NCBI GenBank assembly: GCA_951406725.2
Contig: OX597828.1
Span: 25,854,001 to 25,918,000 of the forward strand
Direction: 5' to 3'
From: Octopus vulgaris
Taxonomy: Eukaryota
Length of the DNA stretch: 64,000 nucleotides
A program made the position numbers and the translations under genes. Under the pieces are notes generated by a model, which had not been told where the DNA came from, made no database searches, and worked only from the letters and a program-made list of their open reading frames with translations. Below are positions 54,301-64,000 of the stretch, piece after piece (the first letter of the stretch is position 1; every line of letters starts with the position of its first letter).

Positions 54301-54785
54301 CCTGACAGTCCGTGATGAACACACGTATATTCATGCAGGCGAGCGTGAAAAGCAATAAAACACCATGAATGAAAAGAGATTCGGGTGGGAATTTGTGAGG
54401 ATGACGAATAATATACATTGGCTCATGTTTATGTGAAAAATGTGCTCGAACATGTTTTATGAGTAGATGTATGTATGTATGTATATATGTATGTATGTAT
54501 GTGTGTATGTGTGTGTATGTATGTATGTACGTATGTATGTATATATGGATATGTATGTATGTATACGTATATATGTATACACACACACACACATATATAT
54601 ATATAATAGATATAAACATACATACATATATGTGTTCATATTCATGTTAATAAAAAAATACGTAGAACATACAGAAACATACGATATACACACACACATA
54701 TATATATATAAATATATATATATACGTACACACACACATACACACACACACATACACACACATACACACACACACATATCTATAT

Positions 54786-54834
<49 letters not shown>

Positions 54835-55134
54835 TACAAACAGCAAGCTTCTTTCACTTTCCGTCTGCCAAATCTAGTCACAAGGTATTTGATAGCGCGA
54901 GGCTTTAGTAGAAGGCACTTGCCCAAGGTTCCACACCAGTGGGACTTGACCTAGAACCATGTGGTGGAGAAGCAAGCTTCATACCACACACCCACGCCTG
55001 AGCTTGTATATATTTTATACGTTATATATTTTAATAATTACTGGTATTTTTATATTTTATATATTACATATCATATACGTAAAGCATAATATGTTATACA
55101 TGGATGTATATTTTATAATTGTCTTTTTTAAATA

Positions 55135-55524
55135 GGAGATAGGAGCACTCCGTCGGTTACGACGATGAGGGTCCCAGCTGATACGATCAACGAAACAGCT
55201 TGCTCGTGGAATTAACGTGCAAGTGGCTGAGCATTCCACAGACACGTGTACCCTTAACGTAGTTCTCGAGGAGATTCAGCATGACACAGAGTGTGACAAG
55301 GCTGGCCCCTTTGAAATACAGGTACAACAGAAACAGGAAGAAAGAGTGAGAGAAAGTTGTGGTGAAAGAGTACAGCAGGGTTCACCACCACCCCTTGGAG
55401 GAGCCTTGTGAAGCTTTAGGTGTTTTCGCTCAATAAACACTCACAATGCCCGGTCTGGGAATCGAAACCGCGATCCTACGACCGCGAGTCCGCTGCCCTA
55501 ACCACTGGGCCATTGTGCCTCCAC
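55135..55524 (-). mobile_element. Family-C tRNA SINE, full length
   Basis: Homologous to 24773-25157; 13-bp TSD TCTTTTTTAAATA (55122-55134, 55525-55537). Confidence 0.92.
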
Positions 55525-55819
55525 TCTTTTTTAAATAATAAATAAATGACATAATATAATGTCTAAAAGTTGATGAATACCACCTCTTGATCCCCTCCAT
55601 TTTCTGATTGCTGTATAAATTAAAGGTAAAATGACTTTTTACCCTCACCCATTTATTACATTCAGTAGTGTAATTACCATGCGATGAATAAACACGTATT
55701 AATAATTGGGTATTCTACCAGCAGTATATTGGATAGATATTATCCCTTAGTTGGTTGGATTCACAACCTCTAACACTCTTGGAGTTATATATATATATAT
55801 ATATATCTATATCTATCTA

Positions 55820-55875
<56 letters not shown>

Positions 55876-55989
55876 GGCGAACAGGAAGCACAGGTTACCG
55901 ATTCTTCATCAGTTATCGGCCAGGGGATCAAACAATTTCAGCCATTATCCATTGCTTCTACTCTGGAGGCACCGATACAAAACTTGCTG

Positions 55990-57540
55990 ATCGTGCCCCT
56001 TAACTTTCCTATCTCGTCCCGCAGTGGCTGGTATTTCTCAATCTTTTCTGTTTCCTTACTCTTCACCCTCGAATCGCCTGGTTTTGCAACATCTATTATA
56101 CTCTTTTACTCTTTACTCTTTTACTTGTTTCAGTCATTTGACTGTGGCCATGCTGGAGCACCACCTTTAGTCGAGCAAATCGACCCCGGGACTTATTCTT
56201 TGTAAGCCCAGTACTTATTCTATCGGTCTCTTTTGCCGAACCGCTAAGTGACGAGGACGTAAACACACCAGCATCGGTTGTCAAGCAATGCTAGGGGTCA
56301 AACACAGACACACAAACACACACATATACATATACATATATACGACAGGCTTCTTTCAGTTTCCGTCTACCAAATCCACTCACAAGGCTTTGGTCGGCCC
56401 GGGGCTATAGCAGAAGACACTTGCCCAAGATGCCACGCAGTGGGACTGGACCCGGAACCATGTGGTTGGTTAGCAAGCTACTTACCACACAGCCACTCCT
56501 GCGCCTATTATCTTTACTTCTTTTTCATCTTTATGGATGAGTACGATATCTGGTCGTCTTGCCTCTGTGACTTGGTAGCAATGCATGTTAAACTCCCAGA
56601 AGATCTTATAATGTTCGATTTCCATTACCCTCTCTGGCTTGTGTTCACACCATCGTTCGGCTCCCTCGAGGTTTTCTTTACCGCACAACAGCCAGTGGAC
56701 ATATCTGGCCACATTGTCGTGTCTCCTTTTGTAGTCGCATTGTGCGAGCTTACAGCACTCACTAACAATATGGCTTATACTTTCTCCATTCTCAGAGCAC
56801 ATCCTACACTGTGGTGAGTCAGTGCTTTTATCAATATGACATTTGAAGTAGTTCTTGAGCGCTACACACTAATGCCTCAGTGGGCCCTTTTAAGTCTCCT
56901 TTCTGCAGCCATTACCAGGTTTTATTCCAATCAATCTCATCTTTATTCTTCAAAAACTGACAATGCATTTTCTTTTCCCAGCCAAATTTTCTTCATCTGC
57001 TCTCTCTGGTCTTTCTTAAATTGTGTTGGATCTACTGCTTCGTTCACTTTTAAGATTCCCTGCTTTTTCACTGCTTCAATCATTTCTTCTTTACTCCCCT
57101 TGACATACCAAACCTGGCTATTCTCCTCTTCCCTTACACAACCTTCACAACACCCCAATCCTCGTCCTCTTTCTTTCCTCTTTACATACAATTTTGACAC
57201 ATCACTCTTGGGGGTGTAGTTCCTTGTTCATTGTCATTAATTTACGTGTTCTCCGGTCTATCTCTTGTAATTCATACTTCTTCCAAGATACTATTCTTGC
57301 TCCATATCTCATCAAAGCAGCCGACCTCGTTTTAATTGCTCTAATCTTAAAGCGGCCATTTAGCTTCGAATAGAGCACAAGCCGAGTTCTCCTCAAATAC
57401 TTTTTCCTGTACTTTTCTTTCATCTTGTGTTCATTCACCTTGTCTCTTTCAATGATACCCAGGTACTTATATCCTTCCTCTCGGACTTCTTTTATAGCTT
57501 CACCACCTTCCAGCTTGATCCCACGGCTTTTACTGATTTT
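55990..57540 (-). pseudogene. R4/Dong-like non-LTR retrotransposon fragment (late RT, CCHC-type region, restriction-like endonuclease), frameshifted
   Basis: GYKYLGI, SKLNG, IDRRTRKLMTMNKELHP, LYVKRKERGRGL, ESISHIVSEC..LAQ.DYKRRHDNVA, RRPDIVL..KEVKII|IDVAKPGD...EKIEKYQ.L. Confidence 0.88.
56100..56505 (-). mobile_element. Family-A SINE inserted into the RLE domain
   Basis: TSD TATTAT at 56094-56099 and 56506-56511; RLE reading frame resumes across it. Confidence 0.93.
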
Positions 57541-57585
57541 TGCACTGAGTTCAGATTCCGCTGATGTCGACTTTGCCCTTCATCC

Positions 57586-57760
<175 letters not shown>

Positions 57761-58283
57761 GCGGTGGTGGTGGTGGTGATGGTGGTGATGGTGGTGATGG
57801 TAGTAGTAGTTGTGTTACTCTTATTCCTTTTGTACTTCCTTGTTTATACTTTGTAGGTCAGAGTCCAAACCATGAGGTGTTAAAGTGGAAGAAATTTGAT
57901 TGACAGCCCCCTTGTATGTAGGCTTTTCCATGTAATGCAATCTCCAGTGTTTCCTTCGTGGTGAACAGGAAAATATCGCTGAAAGCGATAATTTATTCTG
58001 AAGAACCCCGCACCTAAATAATACCCACCCCGTCCAAAATTACCCAACGAAACTCTACCCAGCGAATTTACCAGCGCAAGAACAACATTTAATGCAAGAC
58101 TTACTACCTTTGTTTATATTACCATCACAGATGTATCAGTTATATTCGCATCCTAACTGATGCATTTACCTATATTCGCATTCTGAAGAGATTTACTTAA
58201 ACCAGTAAATTGAAACGATCGTAAATGCTACCTTCATCCCTGCTTCTTTCTTCTTTTGTTATCTAATCAAATTTAAGGCATAC

Positions 58284-58307
58284 CTGCGAAAACCACGAGT
58301 TCCCCAT
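58284..58307 (-). CDS. Possible first coding exon MGNSWFSQ of an unidentified host gene
   Basis: ACA-ATG-G Kozak-like context, 8 codons, then CAG|GTATGC donor; lies in a SINE-free stretch; no downstream exon identified. Confidence 0.25.
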
Positions 58308-58322
58308 TGTTATTATATCAAT

Positions 58323-58358
<36 letters not shown>

Positions 58359-58727
58359 CATGGGTGTGTCTGTTCATGTAGTCTATATGAATATATGACC
58401 CTGTGCATGCATGTACGTCAATTTGCGCATATACATATATATACGCGTGTATGTATGCTTGAGCGGGTAATGAAAGTGTCTGTATGCGTGCTTGTTATTA
58501 TACCTATGTGTCACTTTGGAACAGATGCAGAGTGAATAAGTATTTTATATAAAAAATACAATATCACTGAAAAAAAGAGTAACACCTAAATATACAAAAA
58601 CTAGTAAAAAGAAAAAATATAAATATATGAATATAAAAAAAATAACGCAAAACATAAATATATGCAACAAGAATAATGACAAACACACACACACACATGT
58701 ATATATGTGTGTGTGTGTGTGCATTAG

Positions 58728-58767
<40 letters not shown>

Positions 58768-58891
58768 ATACGCATACATATATATGTATATAAATATATA
58801 CTATATATATATATATCTGTGTCTGTGAGTGTGTACAAAAAGAAACATAAAAACAAGCAACAAGAGATTAAAGAAAACTCGACAATCACCA

Positions 58892-58950
<59 letters not shown>

Positions 58951-59001
58951 TTAAAAAATCTAGGAATAAGAGACAATGAAAAGTAAAAAAAAAACATACT
59001 T

Positions 59002-59041
<40 letters not shown>

Positions 59042-59213
59042 CAATAACACCAAGAAGAAGAACAACAACAACAACTACATCGAAACAATCGGCAGTATCG
59101 ATGTTGTTAGTGAAGTGGAAAATTGGCCCTATTTTCTGCAATTCACTCCTATAGATGATGTTTAGTGATGTCGGCTGTAGAGAAGAACGAGATAGCAGAC
59201 GATTGGTAGGGGT

Positions 59214-59350
<137 letters not shown>

Positions 59351-59508
59351 GGAAGAAAGAGGAAAATGAATAGGAGAAAAACAATGAATGAATATAAAAC
59401 GGTAAAAATATAGAAATAAAGAATGCATAATAAGTAAAAGAAAAAAATGTTAGACAAAAATCGCTCCGCTCCCTTCCACTCTCACGAATTTTCTGTTATT
59501 ATTATTTT

Positions 59509-59553
59509 CCGCCGCCATCTTGTATACGAATGAAACATATAAAAGTGCGCATG
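59509..59553 (-). promoter_or_regulatory. Candidate promoter-proximal motifs (YY1; NRF1-like)
   Basis: Perfect CAAGATGGCGGCGG on the minus strand (59509-59522); TGCGCATG ~25 bp upstream. Confidence 0.4.
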
Positions 59554-59639
59554 AATACTTACGTATATATGTAGATAAATGCATTCAAACCTATATACAT
59601 AAATGAATTAGCGGTTCACTATATGTATATACATATTCA

Positions 59640-59923
59640 CGATCTAGTTTGGTGAACCGCTAAGATATTTTATCGAACAAGTTTGCCGAACCGCTAAGTC
59701 ATTTTATCGATCTCGATTGTCGAACCGCTAGCTTATTTTAGTAAGTCATTTTATCGATCTTCATTAGCGAACCGCCAAGTCATTTCATCGATCTTGTTTG
59801 TCGAACAGCTAAGTCATTTTATCTATCTCCTTTAGCGAACCGCTAAGTCATTTTATCGAGCTGGTTTGTTGAACCGCTAGGTCATTTTATCGATCTCGTA
59901 TGTCGAACCGCTAGGTCATTTTA
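59640..59923. repeat. 34-bp minisatellite (~8 units) derived from family-A SINE body
   Basis: Unit GAACCGCTAAGTCATTTTATCGATCTCGTTTGTC compared with SINE TTATTCTATCGGTCTCTTTTGCCGAACCGCTAAGT. Confidence 0.85.
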
Positions 59924-60188
59924 AGTTTGAACATATTTATAATTCACTGTAATCAAGATGTTCGATCTTACCGATATCAGCTTTTAATATTGAGTCTAGA
60001 ATCTTCTTAGGTGGACTTTATGGGTTTCAGACTTAGGAGAATCACTTGCGAAATACAGCTGGAATCCTATCACCGGATAACTGATGGAATTAACGTTAAA
60101 AGTTCTTTGCAGAGATGTATGGATATAGCGGTTTAATGATCCCTAAGCTTCATTTTTCAAACTTATATTCAATATGTTGGATTATGAA

Positions 60189-60695
60189 GGCGCATGCGTG
60201 GCTATGCGGTTAAGAAGCTCGCTTTAGAACCAAATGTTTCCGGGTTCAGCCCCGGCACATTACGTGTTTTCTACCATAGCACTGAGTGAGTCTGGTAGAC
60301 GGAAACTTAGTGGAAGCCCGTCATGTATACGTAACGTGATGCAATAAAGTATTCCCGGATGATTCGTTGTGGTTAAGCATCCAATTGCACTTGCAACACC
60401 AATTTTGCAGACTTTCAAGCAACCACAATAGTGAAAAGTACGTCAGGACAAATCATATAAACTTCTGTTTATCGTCATTTCTCATGTGTGTGTGTGTGTG
60501 CGTGTGTGTATGAGCGTGCGCGCGCATATATGTATGTGTGTCACTGTGTTGGTGTTTGTCCCAACTTCCAGCGATTCAGAATCAGTACTACACTTAAAGT
60601 ACCGGGATCGATTTGCTTCGACTGAACAACTTCAAGGTGGTTTCCCCATCATGGACGCTGTCTAATGACTGAAACCAGCAAAAGATAAAAGATAA
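60189..60695 (+). mobile_element. Old family-A SINE with an internal insertion
   Basis: GGCGCATGCGTGGCTATGCGG head, GGTAGACGGAAAC, AATGACTGAAACC..AAAAGATAAAAGATA tail. Confidence 0.7.
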
Positions 60696-61368
60696 GAATT
60701 TAGATTCTGTAATTATTCTCTTTTTTTTTTCTATGAAACTCAGTTAAACCCATGTTTTAAAAGGTCTGAGTGCTACAATTCTCGAAACGTTTAAATGTTC
60801 GAATGCTGGAAACGTCTTCTGGAAACGTTGAAAAATATTGCTTAATATTTATGTTCTGTTTAGTCTTAGAAGTTTAAATATGCAAGTTGGAGAAACTTGA
60901 TAATAAATTGATGTTTATAGACACGTCTTGCAATACCATAAGCTTCAAAACAAGGTTATTTTTCTTATGTAAATACACGCGCACACGCACACACGCACAC
61001 ACGCACACACACACGCACACGCACGCAAACGGGCAGAACTTCATATACACAAAATAGTTTCATAAAACGCATACGCAAATACAAGACACACACTCATATA
61101 TGTGCGTGTGTGTGTGTGTATACACATATATGCATACGTATATATATATATATACATATACATATACATATATACACACAAACACATATATGTATATACA
61201 ATACATACATGCATATATATACATATATATTTACATATATATATATACATACACACACACACATATACATATATATGCAAATATAACTGAGTTTAAGTAT
61301 GTGACTATACATATATACGCACTCATATATATATACAATACATATATGCATATATATACATATATATT

Positions 61369-61426
<58 letters not shown>

Positions 61427-62014
61427 CACACACATACACACACACATATACATATATATGCAAATATAACTGAGTTTAAGTGTGTGACTATACATATATA
61501 TACGTACTCATAAGCAGACATACACATATTCCTGATAGAGTTGTTTGCAAAAATATTATCAATAGAACGTTGAGTTAGAAAGTTCAGCTGCCCTGCAGAT
61601 GTGGACGTTTCTTTGAAAATAACTTAGAAGCAGAATATTTATGGACACTTTCTTCGCAACCCGCAGCTTCAGTACTCAGATTATATATTTTACATTTGTC
61701 CTCAATGTTACAAGTGCACATGGAAAATGTTAACAAAAATTCGTAATGTTGAGAAGCTGAGAACTTCCGCCAAAAAATGTATCAGCCGGTAGACATGTTG
61801 CAGCATCGTTATTGCAAGGCTTTTCTAGAATTCTGTGACTAACCATTCTTTCGTGCTGTTATCCAAATTTTCGCGATATAACTTTATATGTTTATATATT
61901 TCTTTCTTTAAAACCATCGTTTTCATTAAGTGACATATTCACAAAAAATTACAACAAATATACATAAATGTATGTGTTTTTCTATGTAAATATGTGTGCG
62001 GCTTTGTATGTGTT

Positions 62015-62045
<31 letters not shown>

Positions 62046-62197
62046 ATGCATATGTGTATATATATGTATGTTTATATATGTTCCTATATATACATATATA
62101 TGCACATATGCATGTATACATATACACGCACACACATATGTATGTACTTATGTATGTATGTGGTGTGAGTATATATATATATATTTATATATATATG

Positions 62198-62410
62198 TAA
62201 TCAATCCTCCAAAACGAAGAAAGAACACAAGAGAAAACAACAACGCGAGAATGTGGTACATGCAAAGTATTAACAGACGCTCAGGAAGGGAAACAAAGGT
62301 AGTTTTTACGCTTCGAGCAAGGCTCTTCTTCAGAAACAGGAGACAGAGGAAAGTCCAAGAGAAAAGGAAGACGGAGGAAAAAATCGCCAACGATTCACAT
62401 GTAGATACAT
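62198..62410 (-). mobile_element. Penelope-type terminal repeat with hammerhead motif (62304-62336)
   Basis: UUU-CUGAAGA-A-GAGC(CUU)GCUC-GAAGCGU-A-AAA; flanks related to the 5737 and 45866 copies; abuts (TA)n. Confidence 0.6.
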
Positions 62411-62450
62411 TTTGAAATATAAATGAAAAAATAAATATATATATGTGTGA

Positions 62451-62483
<33 letters not shown>

Positions 62484-62598
62484 GTCAGACTTGGTAACTT
62501 CGGGTTTCATGTCATCGAGCAGAATTCGATTCCGAAGATAGGACATGTAAAATTGGAGGTTAAAGATTAATATACCAATATGTATATTAATGATATAA

Positions 62599-62655
<57 letters not shown>

Positions 62656-62808
62656 TGCATAAATATTATATCAATAAATATATTAGCAACTTTTATAAAT
62701 CAATATATATAAAAACAAATATATTATGAAACATTACTTTCGGTCTTCCTCTGTGTGTGTGTGTTTGTGTATGTATATTTGTGTGCGGTGCATAGAGAGA
62801 GAGAGAGA

Positions 62809-62842
<34 letters not shown>

Positions 62843-63104
62843 ATGACGGGAAAAGTCAGAGACAAAGTAGGAGGTGTGCTGGTATGTACGTCTGTATGTG
62901 TATGTGTGTGCGTGTGTGTGTATATATATATATCTATATATCACTTAAAGAAATTCCAGCTTTGAATTCCGCGTTTTATTTACAATCCTATAATAATATT
63001 GTAAAGATTGTTATAAGTTTGTAAATAAAACGTGAAAATCAGACAAAGATGGAATTTCTTGAGTAATATATTCTTCTATAAACAATCATACACACCCGTG
63101 TCTT

Positions 63105-63136
<32 letters not shown>

Positions 63137-63942
63137 TACATATATATATATATATATATATGCATGAATGTATGTATGTATATATGTATGTATATAAAGG
63201 AATGCAAGAAATAGGACAAGAAAACAAAACATCCACACATGATACAAAAAGGGAACAAGAAAAAACAAGGACGGGTCATTCGGAGTTTTCTGCCCTCAGT
63301 CGAGTTCCAGATTATCTTTGCAATTTCGGCTAGTTATACTCGAGATTGCTCCAATCTGGCCATCCCCAAGGAAAAACTAAGCTAAGAGCACTAGATTCCT
63401 TGGAAGAAAGCAGAAAAATTATGCGAAAACAAGGACGAAAATAAAACGGAGAAATGGTACACAAATACAATTGCAAATAACAGGACATTAGCAACAGGTG
63501 TCTTTCGACTATGGACGAATTAAATTAAGCTGGCGAGTGTGGAAGTGAAGTTTTATGGTAGGGACATAAGAGATGACAGGCATAGGGAGGAATATAGATG
63601 TTGCACGGATGGTAGTTGAACCAAGAAAGAAAGGTCAGGCTTGGAGGAACACCGGTCATTTGGAAGGCGTGGAGAGAGACAGAGGCAGAGGGATAGGGGA
63701 ATTAGGGAGGGATGAGAAAAAAGAAAAGGGACAGAGTGAAGTAAAAAAGGGGGAAAGGTGGGAAATGTAAGAGATGTGGAACGAAAGAAAGAAGAGTGAA
63801 AAGTACGAGGTGTGAAGGGGCTGATAGAAAGAAAGAACGAAAGAGTCTGGATGTTTTGCGTTCTTGTTCCACTTTTTGTATTCCTTTTTATATACATATG
63901 GCAGCGTACGTACACCTTGGTTTCTCTCTCTTTCTCTCTCTT

Positions 63943-64000
<58 letters not shown>

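Noticed and set aside
59640-59923. CRISPR-like periodicity
   Set aside because: Units are contiguous with no unique spacers, derive from a SINE, lie in a eukaryotic context and have no cas genes nearby

Overview
Eukaryotic, AT-rich, repeat-dominated animal DNA. The extreme microsatellite density and the tRNA-SINE families point to a coleoid cephalopod, probably Octopus (inference). No multi-exon host gene can be reconstructed, and nearly all ORF-track entries are microsatellite artefacts. Recognisable coding sequence is all retroelement-derived: (1) a young, GC-rich Ty3/gypsy LTR element at 8432-11174 lacking gag, protease and the start of RT, with open RT-RNaseH-integrase and a truncated 3' LTR; (2) a nearly intact CR1-like LINE ORF2 at 42276-45297, inserted into one arm of a 41-bp AT-rich inverted repeat; (3) a scrambled Penelope-like element at 39115-40825 (RT pieces in both orientations plus GIY-YIG); (4) an R4/Dong-like RLE retrotransposon fragment at ~55990-57540 split by a SINE; (5) small CRE-like and RTE-like remnants. 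Three tRNA-SINE families occur in many copies, several with clear TSDs or nesting, along with a Tc1/mariner MITE. The most interesting non-coding signal is a set of minimal hammerhead-ribozyme folds in (TA)n-adjacent Penelope-type repeats, two sharing a non-canonical CUGUNGA core. There is also a possible minus-strand host promoter and first coding exon (MGNSWFSQ|GT) near 58.3-59.5 kb. Nothing here proves a new system; the ribozyme family is the best lead.
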